From an uncultured Nitrososphaerota archaeon (GTDB taxonomy: Archaea > Thermoproteota > Nitrososphaeria > Nitrososphaerales > CADDZS01), in NCBI GenBank assembly GCA_963799845.1, contig CAWCYI010000004.1, positions 1,024,001 to 1,088,000 of the forward strand: 64,000 nucleotides of DNA, written 5' to 3'. Of the stretch, positions 49,647-60,303 are shown piece by piece. Both the position numbers and the translations under genes were made by a program. The notes under the pieces were generated by a model. The model searched no databases. It saw only the letters and a list, made by a program, of their open reading frames with translations, and had not been told where the DNA came from. How positions within the stretch are numbered: position 1 is the stretch's first letter; each line of letters starts with the position of its first letter.

Positions 49647-50777
49647 TTGGGAACAATGAAGATCTCGAAAATCGATGCAACTCCCGTACGCATGCCGATG
49701 CGCCTTTTCACAGATGCCTATTCCGGGTATGACAGGGGCGAGTTTGCCCTAGTCAAGATCGAGACAGACGAGGGGATAATCGGATACGGAGAGGCTCCTT
49801 GCAGCGTCACCGTCGGATTTTACGGCGAGACGCTCGAGACTGTTACACTTTCGCTGAGGAATATCCTCGCACCAAAATTGATTGGAGAAGATCCACTGAA
49901 CATACGGAAACTCACCTCAATCATGGACGTGGCTCAGGGGAATTCGTTTATCGCAAAGACCGGCGTCGACATCGCCCTGCATGATCTGATCGGGAAAATT
50001 CTCAAAGTCCCTGTTAGCACGCTTCTCGGTGGTAGACAGAGGGACAGAATAAAGGCGTGCTCCGAAATCGGCATCGTCAAGTCCAGCGAGATGGCTTCAG
50101 AAGCTTTGCGCCTCGTCGAAATCGGCTTCAAGGCAATAAAAATCAAGGCTGGAAGCGACGTCGAGGACGAGATGAAGGGCGTGAAAAATGTCCGGGATGC
50201 CGTTGGAGATGACATCGAACTCAGAGTTGATCCTAACGCGGGCTGGTCGCGGGAATCGACCCTCAAAGCTACGAAGACTTTACTGAAATGCAATGTGCGA
50301 TATCTTGAGCAGCCGCTTCCGGGCTGGGATCTCGAAGGGCTTTCGAGGGTACGCAAGAGTACTGGTATGCAGATTATGGTTGATGAGAGCGTGTGGACCC
50401 CTCAGGACGTAGCCAGGGTATCCAAAGCTCAGGCTGCGGACATTGTCAACATAAAGATAACAAAGACGTGCGGTTTGAAAAAAGCAATCGAGGTCTACGA
50501 CACCGCCACCGCGCACGGATTGCCGTGCGTTATCGGAACTGAGCTGGAATCATGCATGGGCTTGCCTGCAAAACTTCACATCGCCGCAGCGCTTGAGAAG
50601 CTGCCATTTGCTTGCGAATTTACCGAGGTCGCTTTCCAGAAAATCGCACTCAATGGTTCTGTGAAACTGGATGGCGAAGGATGTATCTCTGTACCTCAGG
50701 GACACGGGCTCGGCATCGATCCCGACTTGAAAATGATAGAGGGGCACATAGCGAGTGAGGGGACAAGAACTCAATGA
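49647..50777 (+). CDS. Enolase-superfamily (MLE/dipeptide epimerase-like) enzyme
   Basis: KIK, DPN, EQP, DES, NIK motifs. Confidence 0.9.
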   Translation: MGTMKISKIDATPVRMPMRLFTDAYSGYDRGEFALVKIETDEGIIGYGEAPCSVTVGFYGETLETVTLSLRNILAPKLIGEDPLNIRKLTSIMDVAQGNSFIAKTGVDIALHDLIGKILKVPVSTLLGGRQRDRIKACSEIGIVKSSEMASEALRLVEIGFKAIKIKAGSDVEDEMKGVKNVRDAVGDDIELRVDPNAGWSRESTLKATKTLLKCNVRYLEQPLPGWDLEGLSRVRKSTGMQIMVDESVWTPQDVARVSKAQAADIVNIKITKTCGLKKAIEVYDTATAHGLPCVIGTELESCMGLPAKLHIAAALEKLPFACEFTEVAFQKIALNGSVKLDGEGCISVPQGHGLGIDPDLKMIEGHIASEGTRTQ

Positions 50778-51877
50778 AGATCACCAGAGTGCGCGCATTC
50801 AAAGTCGACCTCCCTCTCCACGAAGGCGCTTACAAGTGGTCGGGCGGAAACTTTGTGAATGTCTTTGATTCGACGGTTGTGGAGATTCAGACCGATGAGG
50901 GGATTTCCGGTTACGGCGAAATTTGTCCCTTGGGTCCGGCTTATCTCCCCGCGTATGCTGCCGGCGCTCGTACAGGAATCGCCGAGCTTTCTCCTAGTTT
51001 GATAGGATTAGATCCGACCGAGCTCGGCGTGATAAACGAGCATATGGACCGGGTGTTGCGAGGTCATCCTTACGTAAAATCCGCCCTCGATATCGCCTGC
51101 TGGGACATACTGGGCAAGGCCAGCATGAAGTCGGTTGCTACTTTACTTGGAGGCAGGTTCGGGAAAGATTTTCCACTTTACCGCGCGATCTCTCAAGATA
51201 CTCCCGCAGCGATGGTGGAGATGGTTTCAAAATACCGACGCGAGGGGTACACAACATTTCAGCTGAAGGTGGGCGGCGTCCCGGATGTTGATGTTGAGAG
51301 AATTAGGGCAATCAGGGAGATCATTCGCGAGGGAGAGGTATTGATCGCGGATGCAAACACCGGCTGGACTCAGCACGACGCGATGCGGGTTGCAGACAAA
51401 ATTCGTGACGTGGATGTTTACCTGGAGCAGCCCTGCCCAAGCTATGAGGAGTGTCTCTCGATCCGTAGGCACACTTCACTGCCCTTTGTACTTGACGAGG
51501 TAATAGACAATGTCTCTATGGTTATCCGTGCCATCTCGGATAGGGCGATGGATGTGGTCAACTTGAAAATTTCAAAGGTTGGAGGGCTCACAAAAGCAAG
51601 GCAGATCCGAGATCTCTGTGTCAGCGAAGGAATCGTCCTGACGATTGAGGACACATGGGGCGGAGACATCGTGACCGCAGCTATCGCGCATCTTGCGCAC
51701 AGCACTCCACCGCGCTATCTCTTTTCCACGACCGACTTTAACAGCTACGTGACTCGTAGCATTGCAGAGAACGCGCCGCATCGCCATGAAGGAAGGATGG
51801 AGGCCCCGACCGAACCGGGACTGGGAGTAAATCCGCGCATGGAGGTTTTGGGTAAACCGATCGTCGATGTGACGTGA
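50774..51877 (+). CDS. Enolase-superfamily enzyme, cis-3-hydroxyproline dehydratase / hydroxyproline-betaine epimerase-like
   Basis: [45 protein letters not shown]. Confidence 0.8.
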   Translation: MKITRVRAFKVDLPLHEGAYKWSGGNFVNVFDSTVVEIQTDEGISGYGEICPLGPAYLPAYAAGARTGIAELSPSLIGLDPTELGVINEHMDRVLRGHPYVKSALDIACWDILGKASMKSVATLLGGRFGKDFPLYRAISQDTPAAMVEMVSKYRREGYTTFQLKVGGVPDVDVERIRAIREIIREGEVLIADANTGWTQHDAMRVADKIRDVDVYLEQPCPSYEECLSIRRHTSLPFVLDEVIDNVSMVIRAISDRAMDVVNLKISKVGGLTKARQIRDLCVSEGIVLTIEDTWGGDIVTAAIAHLAHSTPPRYLFSTTDFNSYVTRSIAENAPHRHEGRMEAPTEPGLGVNPRMEVLGKPIVDVT

Positions 51878-51894
51878 TGGATGGGGCTTGTGCT

Positions 51895-52365
51895 CTAAAA
51901 ATAATCTGTCATTAACTCTTTGGCCCAGCGCGGTTCCCAAATCGGAGTCAAAGTGATCAATTCGTTGAACCATGGCTTGATATCCAAGACAGGAGTGCCG
52001 TCAATAGCGTCGAGTCCGCGAACTTTCAAACTCATTTCCTTGCGTCCGACCAGTTCGCAAATCGACACCCCGATCCTGTTCGGCCTGTTTTTTGCCCTCT
52101 GCGCAAGAATTCCGACTTCAGGCCAGGCAGGATTATCGCGCGGCCGCCTTTTGCCATAGGAGATCGAATCCTCATCCATCCTGTGAAACACATAGACGAC
52201 CTCCACATGGCTGAATTCTACGATTCCGTCGAGTGCGCTAGATTCTAAATTTGAATTCAACTCAATGGTTGATTCGATTTCTCCCCAGCTATCGTCGATA
52301 GGCTCCTTTCTGGGAGACCTCACCGTCCCGATCGTTTTTACGATCCACGATCCATCGTTCGACAT
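51895..52365 (-). CDS. TsaA/TrmO-like SAM-binding protein
   Basis: IGTVRS, AQRAKNRPNRIG, GLDAIDGTPVLDIKP. Confidence 0.9.
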   Translation of the reverse strand: MSNDGSWIVKTIGTVRSPRKEPIDDSWGEIESTIELNSNLESSALDGIVEFSHVEVVYVFHRMDEDSISYGKRRPRDNPAWPEVGILAQRAKNRPNRIGVSICELVGRKEMSLKVRGLDAIDGTPVLDIKPWFNELITLTPIWEPRWAKELMTDYF

Positions 52366-52481
52366 TAGATTTGACCTACGATACGGATGAGAAACAATTC
52401 AGGCACTATTATCAAATTTCTTGAGTTCTGTCGTATTGATTGATCCGATAAAGCATAATAGAATCATAACCTCGCTGTCTT

Positions 52482-52973
52482 ATGAGTCCCATGATACGCT
52501 GGCCAGATAACTACAAGCCCGAGAGTACGGGCGTTCACGTCCGAAACGAACTGGAAATGCCCGTTGCTCCCGAGCTGGTCTGGGCGTGGCTCATTCGAGC
52601 AAAGCTATAGCCGACTTGGTACTCGAACTCATCGAACGTTGTGATCGAAGGCGGAGGACCTGACCTTCAGGCGGGAACGAAATTCAAATGGACGACATTC
52701 GGCGTCAGATTGGACTCCCGAGTCGAAGAATTTGTTTCATTCGAACGGCTCGCGTGGAGCGCTAGGGGAACCGGAGTGGACGCATATCATGCGTGGTTGA
52801 TCGAAAAGAGGCCGACCGGTTGTTATGTTTTGACGGAGGAAAATCAAAATGGTTTACTTGCAAAATTGAGCAACGCGCTCAGGCCCCAGAATATGAGTCG
52901 ACAACATCAGAACTGGCTGGAAGGACTGCTCAGGAAAGCGAGAGAAGGTCCCCCGCCTAAATCAAGCTCGTAA
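52482..52973 (+). pseudogene. SRPBCC/polyketide-cyclase family protein with in-frame TAG
   Basis: ATG 52482 is in frame with track ORF 52641-52973; TAG at 52608 falls in VWAWLIRAKL-*-PTWY where Trp (TGG) is expected. Confidence 0.75.
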
Positions 52974-53004
52974 TAACATGGTGTTCATTATCTGCAGTTG
53001 CTCA

Positions 53005-54375
53005 TTACTTCATTGCACGAAGTCCATTAACGATCAGGAACTTTCCGATCCAGAACGATCTGAGCACGGCTAGAAATTGGATGGGTGAAGTCCATATCGG
53101 ACCAAATTGCGCAACGGCCGGCAGATTTATCCCCAGAAAGGCAAGCGCGGCAGAAAAACCCCATATTATCACCAACGCGTTTACGATTTCAAATATGAGA
53201 AACTCTGGATAATACTTTGTCATTCCCGGAAGCAAAACGAAGAATGGCAGGAGCATGAGATTCATCTGCGGAGTGCAAATATAACTGGAAAATAAAAACG
53301 CGAACATGAAGAAAGAGCTCGTTGTTACGACGAGTATTGCCCGATCGAGGGGCGTTACCACGTACTTCTTCATCTTTAAGCCCTTGTACACAATCAATGC
53401 GGTCAGCGCAGCGAACAGACCGGGAAAAATATAGTGGCGTAACGGACTAGTGTTAGTGAGAAATGCGAGCATCCATGATCCTTCCGTGTACCAATTCTGC
53501 TCGTAATGCAGGAAATCCGTTATGAAGTTGATATTTGGAAATTCGAATGGATACTGTACGATGACGTGCTCGGCGTTCATGTAGGAATGCGGAAACGAAT
53601 TGAGAGCTGTCAGCGGCAGGTAAACAGCCAAAAGAGCTGAAGTCATCCCAGAAACAAACCGAGCTCTCTCCCTCCAACGGTTCGCTCCAAAAGTCAAAAT
53701 TCCAAGGGCAGGCACAGCCGTGACCAAGTTCGAAGCCGCGGACAATCCGAAAAGAAGCCCGCTCCAAAACCAGCTGTTTCTGCCGCCTTCAAGGAACTTG
53801 CGCAGCCCAAATACCGCGAAGAAGACGCCTAATATGTACCAGTTCAGGAGAAGCATGAAGACAAAACTGGGAGTCGCAACGAGATAGACCAGGGCGCGCC
53901 TATTTCTCTGCCAGATTCTAAGAAGCTCACTGATCTTGACGAGGTTGTAAATCAAGAGGAGCGTCGGAGCAAGCAGAAATATGGAAGTGTAAGAATAGTA
54001 ACTGCCGAGCAAATCGCTGGCTGGAAGCGGGAAGATATGTCCAAGCATCCCCATCGCGTACATGAAAAAACCTGTAATCACAGGATACTCAACAAAATAG
54101 TTTACGTACGGAAGACCCGTCCCGCACGAGTCGGAGTAACAGAACCTGTTTTGGTAGACACTCACAATGTCGCTGTATATGTGGCCACCCGAGAAAGGAA
54201 GGTGTTCCCATACTCCCAACAGATAAAAGAGGCAGGCTATGACATAGAGCCATGTCTCGCCGCGAGCATAACTTGCTCGGATGACTTTCGTAATCTGTTG
54301 ATGAATCTGCAATTCAGAAAGATGACTGCTTGGATTGTTTAACGACGAACGTTTCGGTTCGAACTCTCTCCTCAA
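53005..54375 (-). CDS. GT-C fold membrane glycosyltransferase (GT87-like)
   Basis: YSDI, PY....VEYPV.TG, LLNW, TPQ in a multi-TM protein. Confidence 0.75.
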   Translation of the reverse strand: MRREFEPKRSSLNNPSSHLSELQIHQQITKVIRASYARGETWLYVIACLFYLLGVWEHLPFSGGHIYSDIVSVYQNRFCYSDSCGTGLPYVNYFVEYPVITGFFMYAMGMLGHIFPLPASDLLGSYYSYTSIFLLAPTLLLIYNLVKISELLRIWQRNRRALVYLVATPSFVFMLLLNWYILGVFFAVFGLRKFLEGGRNSWFWSGLLFGLSAASNLVTAVPALGILTFGANRWRERARFVSGMTSALLAVYLPLTALNSFPHSYMNAEHVIVQYPFEFPNINFITDFLHYEQNWYTEGSWMLAFLTNTSPLRHYIFPGLFAALTALIVYKGLKMKKYVVTPLDRAILVVTTSSFFMFAFLFSSYICTPQMNLMLLPFFVLLPGMTKYYPEFLIFEIVNALVIIWGFSAALAFLGINLPAVAQFGPIWTSPIQFLAVLRSFWIGKFLIVNGLRAMK

Positions 54376-54774
54376 ATTGAACCCTGCGTTTTACTTGAGC
54401 TTAGAGAATTCGTGTCCGATTCTGTCTGGCGATCAGAACACGGTTCAGATTGCATTGCTTTCAAATGCTGGAATGTGTGCGAGAAATTCTCCCATATTAT
54501 TTGAGACTAGGCATCAGATCTGATGTTCTCGCGCTCAGAACAGGTAACAATAGATAAATTCGATCGAATGGTTCAGGAGTTTTAGAGCAGAAACGAACGG
54601 GATGAAGCTGTTAAAGAAAATATTGTTGTAGTTGTAATCTTGATTCTAGCAGGGATGATGTTATTGGGATTCCATTATTAGTTTGCGCAAATTCTTCGGT
54701 GTCCGGATCAGGAAGTTGGAGACGACCCTTTGTCGCCCCCAGTTCCCGAACGATGCGTCGCTAACAGGACCCAG

Positions 54775-55035
54775 TCATCCTGTTGTCGTAGTCGAACTGC
54801 TTGATCCGCCGGAGTAAGATCCCATGTTTGGGCAATGACTGCTGCTAGATGTTCCAGATGACGTCGAGCCGCTTGCCGTTGACGTGGTCGTCGAAGTGGT
54901 TGTCGCTGCGAATGAGGCGAAGCCGAACGCGACTAGAGCGCCTACTGCGAAGATTGCGAGGACTGCGATGAGCAACAGGGATCGTTTGCTGGGGAACGAA
55001 CGAATACTCGGCTGTGGAGTTGTTCCAAATTCCAT
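54775..55035 (-). CDS. Small membrane-anchored Ser/Thr-rich protein with HCPNM motif
   Basis: One TM followed by a low-complexity S/T tail. Confidence 0.65.
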   Translation of the reverse strand: MEFGTTPQPSIRSFPSKRSLLLIAVLAIFAVGALVAFGFASFAATTTSTTTSTASGSTSSGTSSSSHCPNMGSYSGGSSSSTTTTG

Positions 55036-55282
55036 TTTCTTGATTCACCTCCGACAATATCGTGAATAAGGTTGCGTCTCTAATATCGAATTTCCGAGAA
55101 CTGTCCATAATCTATAGCTAATCAAACTAGAATTCAGTCATATCTCAATACGAGCGTCGAAGTTAAGCGGTACATCGTTTCTTGAATCCGTGGAGCATTA
55201 GAGAATGATTTCGTAACGATTTGGGAATCTTCTCGGAAAGAGGATAATATTCTCGAAGACGAATAGGTGATCGAATTTCAAG

Positions 55283-56464
55283 ATGTTGAACCAGAAATCT
55301 GTCTATTCAAGACGTGGCCTCATACCCGCGCTAGCAGCGATAGCGGTAGTAGCCATCGTCGGTCTTCTGGCGTCGTTTCTTGTTATAGGCAATGCAGCTC
55401 AAACAGTGACGACGACTCAGGTGACCACAGTTCCGACAACAATCACAACCGATCCAGCAGTCAATTCATCTAGCCAACTGAACTCAGAGCAGATCTATGC
55501 AAATGCCAATCGAAGCATCGTGACGATCCAGGGTACTCAGGTCCAGAATTCTTTCTACGGCAACCAAGTCGCAAGTATTCTCGGTTCCGGATTCGTCGTG
55601 AGTTACTCCGGTGCAAACTACATAGTAACCAACTATCACGTAGCGGGCACAACCTCGAATCTCACCGTAACATTCTCCAACGGGGACTCGTATCCCGCAA
55701 AAGTCGTCGGATCAGACCCCTATTCTGACCTTGCTATAGTCTCGGTTCAGGCTCCAAGCAGCGAATTTTACCCACTGACACTCGCAGCCTCTTCCTCGCT
55801 CAGAGTCGGAGATTCAGTTGTAGCGATTGGCGATCCTTACGGCTTGACAGGTTCAATGACCGAGGGAATCGTAAGCCAGCTTGGCAGGACAATCCAAGAT
55901 GAGACGGCCGGGAACTTCTCCATCGCCAACGTAATCCAAACCAGCGCCCCGATAAATCCAGGAAACTCCGGTGGACCTCTATTGGATGTGAACGGAGATG
56001 TCGTGGGAATAACCACGGCGGGCATAACGAGTTCGCAGGGTCTCGGCTTTGCGATTCCGTCCGACACGATAATCGGGGAGCTGCCATCTCTAATAGCAAA
56101 CGGCTCATACAACCTCCACTCATACCTCGGGATTTCCGAGACCGACATGAATTACCAACTCTCTCAAGCGACGGGAGCAAACGTAACGTACGGCGTATTG
56201 ATCGAGAACGTAGTCCAGGGCGGACCGGCGGCAACAGCAGGACTGCAATCGGGTACCCAAACAGTCGTGATCGAAGGTCAGCAGTATCTCATAGGGGGAG
56301 ACATCATCATTTCCATAAACGGCACGCGGATCATCGATTCGGACTCGCTGGGCACTTACCTTGCGGCACACACGGTGGCGGGTCAGACTGTATCACTCGG
56401 AATCGTAAGAGCGGACAAATACATGACGGTAACCGTAACTCTGGGAGCTAGACCCTCCCTCTGA
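55283..56464 (+). CDS. htrA: HtrA/DegP-like serine protease with PDZ domain
   Basis: GSGF, TNYHV, SDLAI, INPGNSGGPL, C-terminal PDZ (GGDII). Confidence 0.95.
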   Translation: MLNQKSVYSRRGLIPALAAIAVVAIVGLLASFLVIGNAAQTVTTTQVTTVPTTITTDPAVNSSSQLNSEQIYANANRSIVTIQGTQVQNSFYGNQVASILGSGFVVSYSGANYIVTNYHVAGTTSNLTVTFSNGDSYPAKVVGSDPYSDLAIVSVQAPSSEFYPLTLAASSSLRVGDSVVAIGDPYGLTGSMTEGIVSQLGRTIQDETAGNFSIANVIQTSAPINPGNSGGPLLDVNGDVVGITTAGITSSQGLGFAIPSDTIIGELPSLIANGSYNLHSYLGISETDMNYQLSQATGANVTYGVLIENVVQGGPAATAGLQSGTQTVVIEGQQYLIGGDIIISINGTRIIDSDSLGTYLAAHTVAGQTVSLGIVRADKYMTVTVTLGARPSL

Positions 56465-56562
56465 CCCCCTTTTTGATTCTCCGAATTCGTTTCAAAACGA
56501 GAACAAGAATATCCGAGTGATTTATTAGAAAGAGATTCGAATTAAATTGGCTTGGGAAAAGA

Positions 56563-56811
56563 ATGAAAGTCAAGAATAATCCAAAATTCGTCATCCTGCT
56601 TCTTGCGTTAGTTTTCGGTGCCTTGCTTGCGATTGCACTTTATTCTCCAGCATACATTACGGCCGGGCCATCACAAAATTCCGCTGTTTTGACTGTTATT
56701 CCAGTGAGCTTTATCCATTCCAACAACCCATCTAACACGGTTCATACTATTCCCTCCGAAAACTATACCGGGCTGTTCTACGTCCAGCATGTTTGCACCT
56801 ATCATGAGTAG
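56563..56811 (+). CDS. Small exported/membrane hypothetical protein
   Basis: Basic N-terminus plus hydrophobic helix. Confidence 0.5.
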   Translation: MKVKNNPKFVILLLALVFGALLAIALYSPAYITAGPSQNSAVLTVIPVSFIHSNNPSNTVHTIPSENYTGLFYVQHVCTYHE

Positions 56812-56950
56812 ATTTGCTGAGTGATAGGAATCATCTCCAGCGGCTTTCAGTCCAAGCTACAGAAAACCTGAGCACTAAGCGAAACCCTGCGACGGCTTGT
56901 TAATCTAATAACAAGAATTAACGAGTCCTCTGACGAGCAAAAGTTCCTTC

Positions 56951-58108
56951 ATGGCTACAAGATTAGCTGTAGTGAAAGTCGGTACTAGCTCCATCACTAC
57001 AGCTGAAGGAAAACTGGACGAAGGAGAAATGCACAGACTGACCGATCAAATATCAGCAGTAGTAAGGGGGACTGACAGAATAGTCCTTGTGACGTCTGGT
57101 GCAGTCGCTGCTGGTATCGCCGAATTAGGCATAGCTCAAAAACCAAGTCATGACATTGTCTTTAGGCAAGCCGCTGCCGCGACAGGGCAAAGCGTCTTGA
57201 TGGCAAAATACCGCGAGCTGTTCAAGTCTCACGGGGTCAAAGTCGCCCAGATTTTGCTCACCGCTGAAGATCTGTCCAACAGAGGATCTTACCTCCACAC
57301 CTGCAATGTCTTGAAAATGCTACTAAAGATGGGATTGGTACCGATCATAAACGAGAACGATGTGACCTCAGTCGACGAACTGTTGCCCCTTGCTGAAGGA
57401 TTGAAGGTGAATTTCAGCGATAACGACATCCTATCAGCTCTTGTAGCCAACGCAATAAGTGCTGACATACTCATAATATTGTCCGATGTAGACGGCTTGT
57501 TTACAGCCGACCCAAGGAATCCAGAAGCGGTCATAATCAGAAATGTGGAAAATATAGCGATTGAGCTCAAGAATGCTTCCATTGGCGGAAAAAGCAGGAC
57601 AGGCAGGGGAGGAATGCAAAGCAAGATAAAAGCGGCTGAAATCGCAACCAAAAGCGGTATTCCAGTTGTAATTGCCAACAGCCGAAGGGAAGACGTAATC
57701 CCCGATATTCTTGCAGGAAAAGAAGATGTAGGCACCTATTTCAAGCCGCAAAGCAGAATGCCCTTAGTGAAAAGATGGATAGCTTTCGGCGCCTCAGTAA
57801 AGGGCGAGATCCACGTAAACGAAGGGGCTAAGAGAGCTATACTGGCAGGCTCGAGCCTTCTGGCCGTAGGAGTCACCAAGATAACAGGTCATTTCGATGT
57901 TGGAGATGTAGTCTCCATTGTAGATTCTGACAATTCAGAATTTGCAAAAGGCAATCCAAATTTTAACAGTGACGAGATAAACACGATAAAGGGATTGCAA
58001 GTATTGGAGATAAAGAAAAAATTACCCAATTCTCGATCAAAAGAAGTCGTGGCACGAAAAAAGATACATCTGATAACCAGAGAAAGAGAAGAAAAGCAAC
58101 TTTGTTAA
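56951..58108 (+). CDS. proB: Glutamate 5-kinase with PUA domain
   Basis: VVKVGTS, VTSGAV, PIINEND, FSDND, GGMQSK. Confidence 0.97.
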   Translation: MATRLAVVKVGTSSITTAEGKLDEGEMHRLTDQISAVVRGTDRIVLVTSGAVAAGIAELGIAQKPSHDIVFRQAAAATGQSVLMAKYRELFKSHGVKVAQILLTAEDLSNRGSYLHTCNVLKMLLKMGLVPIINENDVTSVDELLPLAEGLKVNFSDNDILSALVANAISADILIILSDVDGLFTADPRNPEAVIIRNVENIAIELKNASIGGKSRTGRGGMQSKIKAAEIATKSGIPVVIANSRREDVIPDILAGKEDVGTYFKPQSRMPLVKRWIAFGASVKGEIHVNEGAKRAILAGSSLLAVGVTKITGHFDVGDVVSIVDSDNSEFAKGNPNFNSDEINTIKGLQVLEIKKKLPNSRSKEVVARKKIHLITREREEKQLC

Positions 58109-59343
58109 TAGAGACAGGTAAAAGGGCGAAGGCAGCCTCGGTGGAGCTAGCCAAACTTTCCGCTGAAAAAAAGAATAGAGCACTCCAGAAAATGGCGCTG
58201 GCGCTTGAAAACAACGTGGAGGCAATACTCTCGGCCAATCGGAAAGATGTTGAGAGCGCGAAAATCAGAGGATTGAAGCCCGCTCTTCTGGACAGATTGG
58301 CCTTAGACGAGCGCAAGATCAAGAACATGGCGAAATGTCTGAGGGAGGTCGCTGAATTGCCCGATCCGGTCGGTGTCATTTTGAGCACTTGGACAAGGCC
58401 CAACGGTCTCTTGATTGGGCAACTCCGCGTTCCCCTCGGTGTAGTGGGAGTTATCTATGAGTCTCGTCCGGACGTCACCTCCGATGCTGCTGGAATATGT
58501 TTGAAATCAGGCAACGCTGTCATTCTCAGAGGTGGGTCAGACGCACTAAACTCAAACACGGCAATAGGTGGAGTGCTGAAAGAAGCTCTCGCGGACGAAG
58601 TTCCCAGTGATTCCATCCAGGTAATAAGCTCAACCGAAAGAAGTGTAGCTGAAGAGCTTATGCGAATGAGAGAGTATGTCGATGTTCTGATCCCGCGTGG
58701 AGGGGCTGATCTCATAAAGACGGTAGTGGAAAAAGCCTCTGTTCCCGTAATCGAGACAGGGACTGGAAATTGCCACATCTACGTTGAAGAAGACGCTGAT
58801 CTCGAGAAGGCAGTCCGTATCATTATCAACGCAAAGTGCCAGAGACCCGGGACCTGCAACTCAGCAGAGAAACTTCTTGTCCATAGCAACATAGCTAGTA
58901 AATTTCTGCCGCTTGTTGTTAGTGCGCTCAGGGCGGAGGGAGTCGAAGTCAGAGCAGATGAGCAAACAGCCAAGATCGTTTCTACAGGAGTGAAGCTAGC
59001 CACGGAGGAAGACTGGGGCACCGAATACTTGGACCTAATCATGGGTGTCAAAGTTGTAAAGGATATGGACGAGGCGATATCCCACATAAACAAATACGGT
59101 TCGAAAAACTCTGAATCCATACTAACATTGGATTTCGACAAGGCTCAACGTTTCATCAGAGAAGTTGACTCTGCAGCAATCTACTGGAACGCCTCCACTC
59201 GCTTCACAGATGGTAACCAATTCGGGTTGGGAGCGGAAATAGGCATTAGCACGCAGAAAATTCATGCTCGGGGACCAATGAGCGTGCAACACTTGACAAC
59301 CACGAAATATTTCATTCTAGGAAGCGGCCAAACAAGGGTTTAG
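58102..59343 (+). CDS. proA: Gamma-glutamyl phosphate reductase
   Basis: VPLGVVGVIYESRP, KSGNA, GNCHIY, NASTRFTDG, GAEIGIST.KIHARGP. Confidence 0.97.
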   Translation: MLIETGKRAKAASVELAKLSAEKKNRALQKMALALENNVEAILSANRKDVESAKIRGLKPALLDRLALDERKIKNMAKCLREVAELPDPVGVILSTWTRPNGLLIGQLRVPLGVVGVIYESRPDVTSDAAGICLKSGNAVILRGGSDALNSNTAIGGVLKEALADEVPSDSIQVISSTERSVAEELMRMREYVDVLIPRGGADLIKTVVEKASVPVIETGTGNCHIYVEEDADLEKAVRIIINAKCQRPGTCNSAEKLLVHSNIASKFLPLVVSALRAEGVEVRADEQTAKIVSTGVKLATEEDWGTEYLDLIMGVKVVKDMDEAISHINKYGSKNSESILTLDFDKAQRFIREVDSAAIYWNASTRFTDGNQFGLGAEIGISTQKIHARGPMSVQHLTTTKYFILGSGQTRV

Positions 59344-59427
59344 ACTTTGTAATCGTAGTAGATCATTCATTCCGAGCGAGAATTTACGTAAAACATTAAC
59401 TATTGCGCACGATCAAGTCGATTATCG

Positions 59428-59907
59428 ATGGCATACTCACTTCGTTACAAGTTCAGCCAAGAGTTCAGAGTTCCGGCGCGCGAGGCGTTCGAGTGGTGCA
59501 CGAGCTACGACCCGAACGACCTGACTTTAATGGGAGAGGTGGGAACAAGATCAATCGATATTATTTCAGAAACAACGCTGATTTTGAATGATACCTACAG
59601 GGATGGAAAAACAATCAACGAGAGAAAAAGATTGGTGCAACTCTATCCGGCCGACCTGTTTTGGGTATCAACTCACCTGATAGGCCCCACAAAGTATTCC
59701 CAGTTTCTGTACAAGATTTCTCCGGAATCTGAATCTAGCTCTCGGCTTGACTTTACCGGTCTGCAAGTCGAGTACGGATCCGAGAAGATAACGAAAAGAA
59801 GCTTATCCATAAGAGCTGAAAAATTAAGGAAACTCGATTCGGGAGCGTGGAAGAAGCTCGCCGAAGAAATGGAACGTGACTGGAAGAAGAAACTTTCGAA
59901 GAATTGA
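59428..59907 (+). CDS. Hypothetical protein, possibly SRPBCC-like
   Basis: 159-aa ATG ORF with P...AFEWCT.Y start and a C-terminal helix. Confidence 0.65.
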   Translation: MAYSLRYKFSQEFRVPAREAFEWCTSYDPNDLTLMGEVGTRSIDIISETTLILNDTYRDGKTINERKRLVQLYPADLFWVSTHLIGPTKYSQFLYKISPESESSSRLDFTGLQVEYGSEKITKRSLSIRAEKLRKLDSGAWKKLAEEMERDWKKKLSKN

Positions 59908-59933
59908 TTTAGGGAAAAAATGTAGAAAACATC

Positions 59934-59982
59934 CAACTAGCTCACCTGCGATTGGAAAAAAATACGACAGGTGAGTTAGTTG
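59934..59982. terminator. 15-bp inverted repeat between convergent ORFs
   Basis: CAACTAGCTCACCTG ... CAGGTGAGTTAGTTG (one G-T pair), 19-nt loop containing an A7 run. Confidence 0.55.
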
Positions 59983-60004
59983 AGCGAAGCTAAGCTTCTG
60001 CTTG

Positions 60005-60037
60005 TTACTTCTTCTTCTTTGTTTTCTTAGCTGGCAA
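60005..60037 (-). CDS. Lysine-rich 10-aa micro-ORF MPAKKTKKKK
   Basis: TTG CCA GCT AAG AAA ACA AAG AAG AAG AAG TAA, TTAAGTA ~30 nt upstream, hairpin downstream. Confidence 0.45.
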   Translation of the reverse strand: MPAKKTKKKK

Positions 60038-60303
60038 AGGTACTTGCAAAAGTGCTAATCGATCTACTTACTTAAGTATCTTGCGTTTTTTGACATTTTT
60101 TCGAAATCTCGATCGAAATCCGCGAAAACCGGGGGATTCTTGTGAATTTAGGGCAGTTGGAGGTCATCCGAAGCGGTTAATTTGATTTTGCGGGAAAGTA
60201 AACTTCACTCGATTTCTCAAAATAGTTTCCTCGGGATTCCGCCGCTTACAGCTAATCTTTTCTGTATTGAAAACTGGGTTGTCTCGGGATTAGGATGATG
60301 TAA

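Noticed and set aside
52404-52429. CACTATTATCAAATT as a 17th box
   Set aside because: The second half-site is absent and there is no TATA-like box at the expected distance
52608-52610. Pyrrolysine or stop-codon reassignment at the in-frame TAG
   Set aside because: The context expects Trp (TGG to TAG is a single change), TAG ends many genes here normally, and no pyl genes are visible
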